From contig JAYZQJ010000189.1 in the NCBI GenBank assembly GCA_036149055.1, positions 1 through 26,974 of the forward strand: DNA of 26,974 nucleotides. Reading direction: 5' to 3'. Of the stretch, positions 1-9,393 are shown one piece after another. Origin of the DNA: Myxococcota bacterium (lineage in GTDB: Bacteria > Myxococcota_A > Polyangia > Polyangiales > Sandaracinaceae). Below the pieces are notes generated by a model that had not been told where the DNA came from, did not search any database, and saw only the letters and a list, made by a program, of their open reading frames with translations. Position numbers and translations under genes: made by a program. How positions within the stretch are numbered: the first letter of the stretch is position 1; each line of letters begins with the position of its first letter.

Positions 1-107
1 CGCTCGTCGCCGGTGTCCCGCGCTCCGCGCGTGAGCCACGCGGCTCGCGCTCGCGCTTCGCGCTCGCTGGCCGCCCGCTGCCGCGGGATCGAACGGGGCG
101 GAGTGGT

Positions 108-272
108 TCGTGCGGCGACCTCGCTTCGCTCGTCGCCTTCCGGGCTCGTGCGTCGCTTCGTGCGGCGACCTCGCTTCGCTCGTCGCCTTCCGGGCTCGTG
201 CGGCGACTTCGCTTCGCTCGTCGCCTTCCGGGTTTCACGTCGCCTTCCGGGTTCGTGCGGCGACCTCGCTTC
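108..272. repeat. Tandem cluster of ~38-bp palindromic REP-like units (TCGTGCGGCGACCTCGCTTCGCTCGTCGCCTTCCGGGY)
   Basis: Full copies at 108-145, 158-195 and 196-233; partial copies at 146-157, 234-252 and 253-272. Each full unit has a GGCGAC...GTCGCC stem. Positions 1-11 (CGCTCGTCGCC) match part of the unit, so the cluster may continue left of the window. Confidence 0.85.
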
Positions 273-287
273 TGCCGGCGGCAGCGA

Positions 288-558
288 CGGATCGGTCTGG
301 GCGAGCTAGCCAGGCTATTCCTCCTCGCCTCCTGCCTCTCTCCTCCCCTGATTTGCGCCGACAACGAATGCGTCGGACTCGGAGTCGGGGACGATCCCAT
401 TCATTCATCGTCCTCCCGATCGAACGGGAGCGGCGGCGGGGCCGGCAGCGACCGCCCCGGATCGGTCTGGGCGAGCTAGCCAGGCTATTCCTCCTCGCCT
501 CCTGCCTCCCTCCTCCCCTGATTTGCGCCGACAACGAATGCGTCGGACTCGGAGTCGG
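288..558. repeat. 101-bp direct repeat, two copies (288-388 and 458-558) with a 69-bp hairpin-rich spacer
   Basis: Copies are identical except T339/C509, period 170 bp. They contain CCGAC..GTCGG and TAGCC..GGCTA inverted repeats and a CT-rich tract. Confidence 0.95.
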
Positions 559-560
559 TG

Positions 561-2105
561 TCAGGCTCGCTCTGTCGGGACCTGGGCTTCGACGAGGGCC
601 TCGGCCGGGGCGACGGAGCGGTCGAGCAGGGGGCGCTGGACCTGGAGGCGCTTGACCTCGTCCCACTCGGTGATGAGCTCGCCGCCGGCGCGCTCTCGAC
701 GCTCCTCCTGGCGGTGCAGGAGCTCCGCGCAGGCGTGGTCGACGTAGGCGAGGGCGCCGATGTGGACGTGCACCTCGGCGTCCTCGGGGATGGCCTCGAG
801 GGCCTCGGCGAGCTTCGGGAGCTGCACGAAGGTGGCCGCGCCGTGCACGTCGACGTCGTAGCGGTCGCCGTCACGGGTGACCTCCACCTCCATGTGGCTG
901 AAGGTGTAGAGCAGCTTGAGGAGCGAGACGCCGAGGCCGACCAGGATGCCGGTGAGCAGGCCCATGACGAAGATGGCGCCGACCGTGGCCAGGAAACCCC
1001 AGAGCTCGCCGTTGCCCGCGCGGTGCAGCGCCATGGCCTTCTCGGGCGCGAGGAGCTTGCCGCCGACGTAGACGAGCACCCCGGCGAGCACGGCGACCGG
1101 GATGAGGCCGAGCACCGCGGGGGCGAGGGCGACGAGGCCGAGCAACAGGAAGCCGTGCACGATCGCGGCGCGACGCGTGGTGGCGCCGGCCTGGATGTTG
1201 GCCGCGCTTCGCACGATGACGCCGGTGACCGGGAGCGCCCCGAGCGCGCCGGCGACGACGTTGCCGAGCCCGAGCGCGAACAGCTCCTTGTCGTAGGAGG
1301 TCGGCGGGCCGTCGTGCAGCTGGTCGGTCGCGTTGGCGCAGAGCAGCGCCTCGGCGGCGGCGATGAGGCCCAGGGCGAGCGCCGCGCCGACGAAGCCGAG
1401 GTCGGTGAAAAGCGACAGGTCGGAGATCGCCGGGACGTTGAGCGCCGCCGTGAGCGAGGCGGGGAGCTGCACCTTGGCGACCGGGACCTGGAAGAGCGCG
1501 GCGATCGCCGTCGCCGCGGCCACCGCGACGAGCGGGCCCGGGATCATCGCGAGGCGCTTCGGCTTGAAGCGGTCCCAGAGGAAGAGCAGCGCGATCGTGC
1601 CGAGCCCCAGCGCCGCCGCCCACGCGCCTCCGGCGGTCGCGAGCTGCTCGAGCCAGGCCTGGGGGAGCGCGATCAGAGAAGCCACGCCGCCGCTCGGAGG
1701 GGTGGCGCCGACCATCACGTGGAGCTGGCTCGTCGCGATGAGCGTGCCGATCCCCGCGAGCATGCCGCCGATGAGCGCGGGCGAGACCGCGCGGAACCAG
1801 CGGCCGAGCTTGAAGCCGGCCGCGAGCAGCTGCACCGCGCCCGAGAGCACGACCGCCCAGCCGAGCGCCGCCAGGCCCCAGCCGTCGACGATGGCCCAGA
1901 CCGAGACGATGAGGCCGGCCGCCGGGCCGCTCACCTGCAGCGGCGAGCCGGCGAACGCGCCGACGACGATGCCGCCCACGATGCCGCTGACGATGCCGAG
2001 CGCCGGCGGAGCGCCGGAGGCGATCGCGACGCCCAGGCAGAGCGGCAGAGCGACCAGGAAGACGACGACGGAGGCGCCGAGGTCGCGGAGGACGGAGCTA
2101 CTCAC
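561..2105 (-). CDS. SulP/SLC26 inorganic anion transporter with C-terminal STAS-like domain
   Basis: N-terminal DLGASVVVFLVALPLCLGVAIASG and GSPLQVSGPAAGL, plus ELFALGLGN and PVTGVIVRS SulP motifs; soluble C-terminus with YVDHAC. GTG start with a purine-rich upstream tract. Confidence 0.95.
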   Translation of the reverse strand: MSSSVLRDLGASVVVFLVALPLCLGVAIASGAPPALGIVSGIVGGIVVGAFAGSPLQVSGPAAGLIVSVWAIVDGWGLAALGWAVVLSGAVQLLAAGFKLGRWFRAVSPALIGGMLAGIGTLIATSQLHVMVGATPPSGGVASLIALPQAWLEQLATAGGAWAAALGLGTIALLFLWDRFKPKRLAMIPGPLVAVAAATAIAALFQVPVAKVQLPASLTAALNVPAISDLSLFTDLGFVGAALALGLIAAAEALLCANATDQLHDGPPTSYDKELFALGLGNVVAGALGALPVTGVIVRSAANIQAGATTRRAAIVHGFLLLGLVALAPAVLGLIPVAVLAGVLVYVGGKLLAPEKAMALHRAGNGELWGFLATVGAIFVMGLLTGILVGLGVSLLKLLYTFSHMEVEVTRDGDRYDVDVHGAATFVQLPKLAEALEAIPEDAEVHVHIGALAYVDHACAELLHRQEERRERAGGELITEWDEVKRLQVQRPLLDRSVAPAEALVEAQVPTERA

Positions 2106-2131
2106 CGCTTCTCTTTAGGGGCGTGGCCGGA

Positions 2132-2176
2132 ATGCTACAAATCGATAATGGATAAGCGTTGCATAGGAAATCTCGA
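2132..2176 (-). promoter_or_regulatory. Putative sulP promoter with two LysR-type T-N11-A boxes
   Basis: AT-rich patch with TCGATAATGGATA (2142-2154) and TAGGAAATCTCGA (2164-2176), 22 bp apart. A -10-like TAGCAT lies on the minus strand at 2137-2132. Confidence 0.55.
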
Positions 2177-2192
2177 ATCCATGTTTGGTCGT

Positions 2193-2224
2193 CTCACCCT
2201 GGGAACAGCTCACCCTGGGAACAG
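2193..2224. repeat. Perfect 16-bp tandem duplication (CTCACCCTGGGAACAG x2) containing the LysR stop codon
   Basis: 2193-2208 is identical to 2209-2224. Confidence 0.9.
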
Positions 2225-3112
2225 TCTCGCCTTGGCCTGCTGGCTGATGAGCCGGGCGGCGGGGTGTTTGATCCGTCGCTCGACGGTGATGGCGTAGAAG
2301 CGCTCCACGACGCGGTGGGTCCGGCCGACCACCTCGACCCGGTGCACGTCGCAGATCTCGTCTTCGATGGCGGTCGGACCGGGAAAGATGCCGACCCCCT
2401 CGCTGCCGAACGCCTTGAGCAGCGCGCTGTCCTCGAACTCGGCGACGATCTTCGGGCGGAAGCCCTCGTCGATGAACCAGTGATCGAGGTCCCGGCGGAG
2501 CAGCGTGTTCTCGGTGGGGAGCAGCAGCGGCGCGCCGTCGAGCGAGCGCGGGAAGCCCTCGCGGTGGCGCTCGGCCAGCTCCGGCCGCGCGAAGAAGCTG
2601 ACGTCGCTCTCGCCGAGGAGGTGGTTGAACGCCTTCACGCTCGCCTGCCTCGCGATCGGCGCCTCGGCCAGCACGATGTCGAGGTCGTGAATGGACAGCT
2701 CGGCGAGCAGGCGCTCGGTCTTGTCCTCGCGGCACACCACCCGCGGCGGCGGGCTCATCGTCAGCGCGGGCTCGAGCAGCCGGTGCAGCACGATCTTCGG
2801 GACGAGATCGCTCACCCCGACGGTGAGCTTCTCGGGGGCCCGCTCCAGCCGTCCGGCGAAGACGTCTTGCATCTCCTGACCCAGCGAGAAGATCTCGTTG
2901 GCGTACCGGAAGGCGACCTTGCCCATCTCCGTGAGCTCCAGGCTCCGGCCTCGTCGGCGGAGCAGCGGCTCGCCGAGGTGCTCCTCGAGCCGCTTGACCT
3001 GCGCGCTCACCGTCGGCTGCGACAGCCCGAGGCTCTCGGCGGCAGCGGTCACCGAGCCCTCCTTCGCGACCATCCAGAAGTACAGGAGGTGGTGGTAGTT
3101 GAGCCACTGCAT
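2210..3112 (-). CDS. nhaR: LysR-family transcriptional activator, NhaR-like
   Basis: LNYHHLLYFWMVAKEGSVTAAAESLGLSQPTVSAQ helix-turn-helix, plus AEFEDSALLKAFG and FYAITVERRIKHP, typical of the NhaR subfamily. Confidence 0.88.
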   Translation of the reverse strand: MQWLNYHHLLYFWMVAKEGSVTAAAESLGLSQPTVSAQVKRLEEHLGEPLLRRRGRSLELTEMGKVAFRYANEIFSLGQEMQDVFAGRLERAPEKLTVGVSDLVPKIVLHRLLEPALTMSPPPRVVCREDKTERLLAELSIHDLDIVLAEAPIARQASVKAFNHLLGESDVSFFARPELAERHREGFPRSLDGAPLLLPTENTLLRRDLDHWFIDEGFRPKIVAEFEDSALLKAFGSEGVGIFPGPTAIEDEICDVHRVEVVGRTHRVVERFYAITVERRIKHPAARLISQQAKARLFPG

Positions 3113-3162
3113 GCGCCTGGATTAGGCCCGTCGAGCGGCGCATTTCAAGTAAGATGAGCGCG

Positions 3163-4518
3163 ATGGCGCGCGTGCTGGTCGTCGACGACGAAGAGAACAT
3201 TCGGCTCGTCCTGCGGACGATGTTGAAGAAGCACGGCTACGAGGTCGCGGTGGCGTCGAGCGGAGAGATGGCGCTCGACGAGATCGACGACGTCGCGCCG
3301 GACTTCGTGCTCGCCGACGTGCGCATGGGCGGCATGACCGGCATCGAGCTCACCCAGAAGCTCACCGAGAAGGGCGTCGACGCGACGGTCATCGTGATGA
3401 GCGCCTTCGGCTCGGTGGACCTCGCGCTCGAGGCGATGAAGGCCGGCGCGTACGACTACGTCTCGAAGCCCTTCAAGCAGGACGAGGTCCTGCTCGCGCT
3501 GCGCAAGGCGGAGGAGCGGGAGAGCCTCAAGCGCGAGAACCGCGAGCTCAAGGCGCAGATGCGCGAGCAGGCCAGCTTCGCCGGGATGATCGGGCGGAGC
3601 GACCCGATGCAGAAGGTCTTCCGCACCGTCGAGAAGGCGGCCGCCTACACCACCACGGTGCTCATCCAGGGCGAGAGCGGCACCGGCAAGGAGCTGATCG
3701 CGCGGGCGCTGCACGAGCGGGGCGCGCGCAAGGACGCGACCTTCGTCGCCATCAACTGCGGCGCCATCCCCGAGCAGCTCATCGAGAGCGAGCTCTTCGG
3801 TCACAAGCGCGGCGCCTTCACCGACGCGAGCGCCGACAAGCCGGGGCTCTTCGAGGAGGCCGACGGGGGCACGCTCTTCCTCGACGAGATCGGGGAGCTG
3901 CCGCTCGCCACCCAGGTGAAGCTCCTCCGGGTGCTGCAGGAGGGCACGCTGCGGCGGCTCGGCGAGACCAAGGACCGCGAGGTCGACGTGCGGGTGGTCG
4001 CGGCGACGGTGCGCGACCTGCGCGAGGAGGTCGACGAGGGCCGCTTCCGCGAGGACCTCTTCTACCGGCTCAACGTCCTGCCGCTCCACGTGCCCCCTCT
4101 CCGCGAGCGCAAGGGTGACCTCCCGCTCCTCACCGACGCCTTCCTCGAGCGGAACAACGCCCGCCTCGGCACGCGCATCCGCGGGGTCGACGCGAAGGCG
4201 CGCAAGCTCATGCTCGCCTATCACTGGCCCGGCAACGTGCGGGAGCTCGAGAACGTCATCGAGCGCGCCATGGTGCTGGCCGACGGCGACGTGCTCGGCG
4301 AGGTGGATCTGCCCGAGCGCCTACGGGAGCCCGATCCGGTGCAGGCGATCCTCGCCACCGGAGAGCTCAGCATCAAGAAGACACAGCGCTACATGGAGGA
4401 GACCTTGATCCGCAAGGCGCTGGACAAGACCGAGGGCAACCGCACGGCGGCGAGCAAGCTCCTCGAGATCTCGCACCGCGCGCTGCTCTACAAGATCAAG
4501 GACTTCGGCATCAAGTGA
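3163..4518 (+). CDS. Sigma-54-dependent response regulator (REC-AAA+-Fis HTH, NtrC/AtoC type)
   Basis: REC domain (VLVVDDE, DVRM, KPF), Walker [24 protein letters not shown] (GAFTGA variant), [25 protein letters not shown] and a C-terminal HTH. Start placed at ATG 3163; alternative ATG 3154. Confidence 0.95.
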   Translation: MARVLVVDDEENIRLVLRTMLKKHGYEVAVASSGEMALDEIDDVAPDFVLADVRMGGMTGIELTQKLTEKGVDATVIVMSAFGSVDLALEAMKAGAYDYVSKPFKQDEVLLALRKAEERESLKRENRELKAQMREQASFAGMIGRSDPMQKVFRTVEKAAAYTTTVLIQGESGTGKELIARALHERGARKDATFVAINCGAIPEQLIESELFGHKRGAFTDASADKPGLFEEADGGTLFLDEIGELPLATQVKLLRVLQEGTLRRLGETKDREVDVRVVAATVRDLREEVDEGRFREDLFYRLNVLPLHVPPLRERKGDLPLLTDAFLERNNARLGTRIRGVDAKARKLMLAYHWPGNVRELENVIERAMVLADGDVLGEVDLPERLREPDPVQAILATGELSIKKTQRYMEETLIRKALDKTEGNRTAASKLLEISHRALLYKIKDFGIK

Positions 4519-5008
4519 AGCTGACGAGCAGCGCCTGCCCCTCGACGCTGGCGCCCTCGTCCGCGTGCAGCGCCTTCACGGTCCCGTCGGTCGGCGCGCG
4601 GAGCTCGTTCTCCATCTTCATCGCCTCGACGACCACGCACGGGTCGCCGGCCTTCACCTCGTCGCCCACCGCGACGAGGAGCTTCACGACCCGGCCCGGC
4701 ATGGGCGAGCGGATCTCCTTGCCGCCGGCTCCGAGGCCGCCCTTCTTCTTCTGGCGGGCGCGCATCCGCTCGCTCTGCACGTCCACGACCGCCCGGCTCT
4801 CGCGCGAGGCGACGTCCATCGCCTCCGGCTTGCCGCCGAACGCGAGGTCGAAGACCTTGCCGTCGAGGATCAGGCTGAGCCCGTCGGGGAGCCGCTCGAC
4901 GTCCGCCTCGACCGGCGAGCCGTCCATGGAGACGTTCACGCCGCCGCCGGGGGTGACCGTCACGTCGACCTCTCGCTCGACGCCTTCGATGCTGACGCGG
5001 TACTTCAT
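4511..5008 (-). CDS. Biotin carboxyl carrier protein (biotinyl domain)
   Basis: IRSPMPGRVVK and the VEAMKMENEL biotinylation motif. ATG at 5008. Confidence 0.92.
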   Translation of the reverse strand: MKYRVSIEGVEREVDVTVTPGGGVNVSMDGSPVEADVERLPDGLSLILDGKVFDLAFGGKPEAMDVASRESRAVVDVQSERMRARQKKKGGLGAGGKEIRSPMPGRVVKLLVAVGDEVKAGDPCVVVEAMKMENELRAPTDGTVKALHADEGASVEGQALLVSFT

Positions 5009-5103
5009 CGCGCGGGAGACTATCCGCTGAAGCGGCCTGCGCAAAGCCGAGGCGGAATCCCCGGCCGGACCTAGGTGTCCACAACAGGGTGTCGAGAGAG
5101 CGG

Positions 5104-5847
5104 ATGGCCACGAGCGCGGCGAAGAAGAAGAAGGAGGGCGGCGGGGGCGGCGGCTTCCGGGCGTGGCTGAAGAACCGCCACGACCCGCTGACGAGCCTCC
5201 TGCTCACCATCCCGATCTTCCTCCTCTATCACCTCGGCATCCTCCTCATTCAGCTCCGCAACGGGGTCGACCTCGTCAGCGGGCTGACCTTCGAGCTGCT
5301 CGAGCACAGCCTCGTCGGCTACGTCGCGCTGACCCTCGGCTACGCGGCGGCCATCGCGGGCGCGGCCTGGTGGCTCCGGCGCAAGGGCAAGATCCGCCCG
5401 GCGGAGCTGCTCCCGGTGCTCGGCGAGAGCACGGTGCTCGCGCTCCTGATGAGCGTCACCGTCGGCTGGGCGACGCACCAGCTCTTCGACTGGCAGGCCG
5501 GCCCGCCGGCGATGAACCCGCTCGAGAAGCTGGTGATGGCGGCGGGGGCCGGCTTCCACGAGGAGCTGGTCTTCCGCGTCGGCCTCTTCGCCGGCGGCAC
5601 GCTGCTGCTCGACCGGGTCACCCGGCTGAAGGAGTGGCAGGCGGCGCTGATCGCCGGGCTCGTGTCCTCGCTCATCTTCAGCGGGATCCACTACGTCGGC
5701 AGCTTCGGCGACCCGTTCCGGCTCGACTCGTTCTTCTTCCGCGCCCTCGCGGGCGTCTACCTGGCGGTGGTGTACCGGTTCCGCGGCTTCGCGGTCGCGG
5801 TCTACACCCACACGATCTACGACCTGATCGTGTTCTTCCTCAGGTAG
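5104..5847 (+). CDS. CPBP/Abi (Rce1-like) intramembrane glutamic endopeptidase
   Basis: HEELVFR, FSGIHY and HTIYD motifs; multiple TM segments. Confidence 0.88.
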   Translation: MATSAAKKKKEGGGGGGFRAWLKNRHDPLTSLLLTIPIFLLYHLGILLIQLRNGVDLVSGLTFELLEHSLVGYVALTLGYAAAIAGAAWWLRRKGKIRPAELLPVLGESTVLALLMSVTVGWATHQLFDWQAGPPAMNPLEKLVMAAGAGFHEELVFRVGLFAGGTLLLDRVTRLKEWQAALIAGLVSSLIFSGIHYVGSFGDPFRLDSFFFRALAGVYLAVVYRFRGFAVAVYTHTIYDLIVFFLR

Positions 5848-6295
5848 CGTCGAGCGCCTCGAGCCAGCTCGGCAGCCACGCGATCGCGTCCTCGTCGGGG
5901 CACGGGTTGTCGGTGGCGTCGAGGTAGAGCTTCTCGCCCGCGCAGGTCGCGCCGAGCTCGCTCAGGAGCGCGTCCCACTTGCGGGGCCCGCCGCAGAACG
6001 TGTCCTTGTAGTTGCGGTCGCCCATGCCGACGAGGCCGTACTTGAGATGCGAGAGGTCCGGTCGCTCGGCCTTCAGCGCGTCGTAGATCGGCTCGACGTT
6101 CTGCGGGATGTCCCCGAGGCCGGTGGTGGAGCTGACCACGAGCAGGTTCGCCCGGTCCTCGAGGCCGAGGTCGGACAGCTCGCCGTCCGTGATCATCTCG
6201 ACCGAGTGGCCCTGCGCTTCGAGCTCGTCCTTGACGAGGTCACCGACCATCTCGGCGTTGCCCATCTCGGAACCGACGATGAGGAGGATCTCCAT
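5840..6295 (-). CDS. Flavodoxin (MioC-like)
   Basis: [11 protein letters not shown] phosphate loop, STTGLGDIP and [14 protein letters not shown]. Confidence 0.9.
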   Translation of the reverse strand: MEILLIVGSEMGNAEMVGDLVKDELEAQGHSVEMITDGELSDLGLEDRANLLVVSSTTGLGDIPQNVEPIYDALKAERPDLSHLKYGLVGMGDRNYKDTFCGGPRKWDALLSELGATCAGEKLYLDATDNPCPDEDAIAWLPSWLEALDAT

Positions 6296-6386
6296 GCTGC
6301 GCCGGAACCTAGCGTCACGCGCCGCGCGACAGCCAACCCCCTCGTGTGGTTGGTCACGCGGCCCGGGTGGTACTACAGACGCCCCC

Positions 6387-7010
6387 ATGAGCATCGACGA
6401 CGTCCCGCCCGACGGCGGTTGGAACCGCAGCCCCGAGGAGATCGCCGAGGCCGAGGAGCACGTGCGCGGTCTCCTGAAGTTCGTCGGCGACGATCCGGCC
6501 CGCGAGGGGCTCGAGGAGACGCCGGCCCGGGTGGTGCGCGCGATGGCCGAGCACTTCGCCGGCTACGCGGAGGATCCGCGCGAGCACCTCGAGCGCACCT
6601 TCGGCGAGGTGAACGGCTACGACGAGCTCGTCCTGGTGAGCGACATCCAGCTGCACTCGCACTGCGAGCACCACATGGTGCCCTTCGTCGGCAAGGCCCA
6701 CGTCGCCTACATCCCCGGCGGCCGGGTGGTGGGGCTGAGCAAGCTCGCGCGGGTCGTCGACGTCTACGCCAAGCGCCTCCAGGTCCAGGAGAAGCTCACC
6801 GCGCAGATCGCCGACACGATCAACGACGTGCTCCAGCCGCAGGGCGTCGCCGTGATCATCCAGTGCCAGCACTTCTGCATGTGCTACCGCGGCGTGCGAA
6901 AGCCCGGCAGCTGGACGACGACCTCGAAGCTCCACGGCATCTTCCTTCGAGACGCGGCCGCCAGGATGGAGCTGTTCACGCTCATCGGGATGTGCCCCGA
7001 GATCGGCTGA
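6387..7010 (+). CDS. folE: GTP cyclohydrolase I
   Basis: [34 protein letters not shown] and HFCMCYRGV (Zn ligands present). Confidence 0.97.
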   Translation: MSIDDVPPDGGWNRSPEEIAEAEEHVRGLLKFVGDDPAREGLEETPARVVRAMAEHFAGYAEDPREHLERTFGEVNGYDELVLVSDIQLHSHCEHHMVPFVGKAHVAYIPGGRVVGLSKLARVVDVYAKRLQVQEKLTAQIADTINDVLQPQGVAVIIQCQHFCMCYRGVRKPGSWTTTSKLHGIFLRDAAARMELFTLIGMCPEIG

Positions 7011-7067
7011 GAGACGGGGACGATCTTCCCCATCCCAAACCGCGTGGCCAGGTCGCCGGGGACGCGC

Positions 7068-7691
7068 CTACCCCGCGCCGAGCGACAGGCCGTCCCGGAA
7101 CAGGCGGCGCGTGGCGGATCGGCCGAGCACGCCCTCGGCGTAGGCGCCGACGCAGGCCGCGGCTCCGGCGGCGCGATCTCCCTCGAGCGCGGTGAGCCAG
7201 CGCGCCGCCCAGACCGCGCGCCAGTCGACCCCGGCGAGCTCGGCGCAGAGCCGCACCTTGCTCCGATCCTCGAGCGCGGTCGGCCAGGAGGGAGCTTCGG
7301 CGGACGCCGCGCGGGTGACGAGGGCGGAGAGCGGGAACCAGGCGGCCGCGTCGGGGCCCGCGATCACGAGCGCGCCGTGAGGGCCGGTGTGGAGACCGAC
7401 GTGCGCGCTCGCGGGGGGCTCGTCCTCGGGATCGAGCTCCGCCGCGATGGCCTCCACGACCCGCCGGCCCGCGGCCGCGACCCGCTCCGGGTCGACGAGG
7501 GAGAGCCAGCCGGCGATCGAGCGCCACGCCTCCGACGGGAGGTCGCGCTCCGGGAGCCAGGCCGGCTCGGGCGCCCCGGTCAGCTCGAGGGGGAGGGCGC
7601 CGAGCGCTCGGCGAGCGTCCGGATCGTCGAGGAGCGAGAGCAGCTCGAGCGCCTCCCTCGCGAGCGCCGGTGCGACGGCTGAGCTGCCCAC
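7068..7691 (-). CDS. Hypothetical protein
   Basis: Fills the gap downstream of the M50 gene on the same strand. TAGCCT lies 6 nt before the GTG start. No recognisable motif. Confidence 0.55.
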   Translation of the reverse strand: MGSSAVAPALAREALELLSLLDDPDARRALGALPLELTGAPEPAWLPERDLPSEAWRSIAGWLSLVDPERVAAAGRRVVEAIAAELDPEDEPPASAHVGLHTGPHGALVIAGPDAAAWFPLSALVTRAASAEAPSWPTALEDRSKVRLCAELAGVDWRAVWAARWLTALEGDRAAGAAACVGAYAEGVLGRSATRRLFRDGLSLGAG

Positions 7692-7700
7692 CCGCCGAGG

Positions 7701-8459
7701 CTACGCCGAAGCCGAGTCCTCCGGAAAGGCCTCCTTGCGCCGACCGAGCCGGAGGGGCGCCAACCAGGCGAGCTTCAGCCCGAGGGCGAGGAGCGCGAAC
7801 GACACGACGGCGATCGCGACGCCCCAGAGGAGCCAGTGGCCGCCCACCGCCTCGGCGAGGTTGGCCACGTCGGACGCGCGCGCCTCGCCGTCGACGTGCG
7901 CGCTGGCGGTGAAGAGGTAGTCGACGCCGAAGATCGTATCGAGCGCCAGGAGCACGCCGAGCCCCTGCGCGCCGACGTGCTTGAGGGTGGGGCTGCCCTC
8001 CTTCGCGAGCAGGCCGATCAAGAACGCCACCCCGGGCACCGCCACCAGGCCGGCGACGCTCCGCACCCACAGGGCCACGCTCACCCCCATCACCGCCACC
8101 AGCGCCCAGAGCACGATCGTGGCCCGGCGCGGCCCGCGGGCGAACGCCAGGATGAACGCCCCCAGCAGCGGCGGCGCCAGCAGCCCGCCCAGCGACACCA
8201 GCCCGCGCGGCCAGCCGGGCGCGTAGCCGCGGCAGTGCGCCAGCCCCGACGCGTTCCAGAAGACGTCGATCGAGTCCAGCTGGCCGCCGAGCGCGATCGC
8301 GGTGAGGCCGTGCCCCATCTCGTGCACCCAGGTGCCGAAGAGCGTGAAGGGGTAGAGGACGACGTCGCCGAAGGGCACCAGCGTGCTCACCAGCGCGATC
8401 CCGACGCAGGCGATCACCAGCGCGAAGCGGGTCGGTCCTCCGTCCTCCTCGGGCGCCAT
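7701..8459 (-). CDS. M50 (M50B-like) intramembrane metallopeptidase
   Basis: HEMGHG zinc motif in a TM context, SLGGLLAP, and a downstream SD motif; multi-pass membrane protein. Confidence 0.88.
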   Translation of the reverse strand: MAPEEDGGPTRFALVIACVGIALVSTLVPFGDVVLYPFTLFGTWVHEMGHGLTAIALGGQLDSIDVFWNASGLAHCRGYAPGWPRGLVSLGGLLAPPLLGAFILAFARGPRRATIVLWALVAVMGVSVALWVRSVAGLVAVPGVAFLIGLLAKEGSPTLKHVGAQGLGVLLALDTIFGVDYLFTASAHVDGEARASDVANLAEAVGGHWLLWGVAIAVVSFALLALGLKLAWLAPLRLGRRKEAFPEDSASA

Positions 8460-8489
8460 GGGCGGATCGTGACCCGAATGCGCGGCGCC

Positions 8490-8535
8490 GGCACCTTCCG
8501 TGCCCCATTGCCACCAGCGGGGTGGGTGGCATCCT
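8490..8535. promoter_or_regulatory. Divergent promoter region with two inverted repeats
   Basis: GGCAC-N5-GTGCC (8490-8504) and TGCCACC-N9-GGTGGCA (8509-8531). The second overlaps TTGCCA(8508)-N16-CATCCT(8530). Confidence 0.45.
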
Positions 8536-8541
8536 TGTCTG

Positions 8542-9393
8542 ATGCGTCACCTGGTCGTCTTCTTCGCTTCGAGCTCGCTCGTCCTCGTCGCCGGCTGCTT
8601 CTGCAGCCACGATCGCGAGGACGACGCGGGCGTGATGAACGACCGGGGGCCGATCCCGCTCTGCGAGCGCATGGACCGGGACACCGACGGAGACGGCATC
8701 ATCGATCTCTACGAGACCGACGACGACTTCGACGGGGACGGGGACGAGAACCTGATCGACCTCGACTCGGACGGGGACGGCAACACCGACGAGGACGAGC
8801 GCGGCCACGACGGCCTCGCGTGCACGCGGCCCCGCAACTGCGACACCGACATGTTCGACGACTACCTCGACCTCGACAGCGACGACGACGGCCTGCCGGA
8901 CGGGGCCGAGCGCATGGCCGGGACCGACGCGTGCCTCGTCGACAGCGACGGCGACGGCTGCTCCGATCTCGACCAGGTCGGCTTCGGCGGCTGTGACCCC
9001 GCGCCGCTCCCCGTCTACTCCGTCGAGTGCCACGGGGCGTCCACCGAGGTCACGATCACGCTCCCCGACGACGCCGCGGTGGAGCTCACCGACGAGGTGG
9101 CCCTCGCGCTCGCCGAGACCGACGGCTACCTGCCGTTCGGCGGTCAGTTCTCCGTCGCCGCGGCGGTGTCCGCGAGCCACCCCGACGGGGGCCCGGCCGG
9201 CGACGCCTCCGGCGCCACCTTCACCAACGTGCGCCCGGGCGCGACGCTCACCTTCACCATCCGGTCGAACAGCGGCGAGAACCCGTCGCCGCCCACCTCG
9301 GTGGTCACCCTCCGCGCGCTCGCCAACGGCGACGAGGTCGCCACCTCGGTGGCGGTGTTCTCGCTGCCCGGGTTCTGTCCGATCCTCATCTGA
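8542..9393 (+). CDS. Acidic lipoprotein with thrombospondin type-3-like DxDxDG Ca2+-binding repeats and a C-terminal beta-rich domain
   Basis: Lipobox VAGC at residue 19; repeats DTDGDG, DFDGDG, DSDGDG, DSDDDG and DSDGDG. Confidence 0.8.
   Translation: MRHLVVFFASSSLVLVAGCFCSHDREDDAGVMNDRGPIPLCERMDRDTDGDGIIDLYETDDDFDGDGDENLIDLDSDGDGNTDEDERGHDGLACTRPRNCDTDMFDDYLDLDSDDDGLPDGAERMAGTDACLVDSDGDGCSDLDQVGFGGCDPAPLPVYSVECHGASTEVTITLPDDAAVELTDEVALALAETDGYLPFGGQFSVAAAVSASHPDGGPAGDASGATFTNVRPGATLTFTIRSNSGENPSPPTSVVTLRALANGDEVATSVAVFSLPGFCPILI

Noticed and set aside
108..272. CRISPR array
   Set aside because: The intervals between units are 12, 0 and about 19 bp and are themselves repeat fragments. There are no unique spacers and no cas genes.
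13..666. ORFs 13-309, 110-655, 198-479 and 235-666
   Set aside because: They are translations of the repeat mosaic, Arg/Ser/Pro-rich, with no coding-like codon bias.
558..4224. Long ORFs 558-2297(+), 2159-3157(+), 2115-3200(-) and 3145-4224(-)
   Set aside because: Antisense or off-frame shadows of sulP, nhaR and the sigma-54 regulator, expected from extreme GC3 bias.
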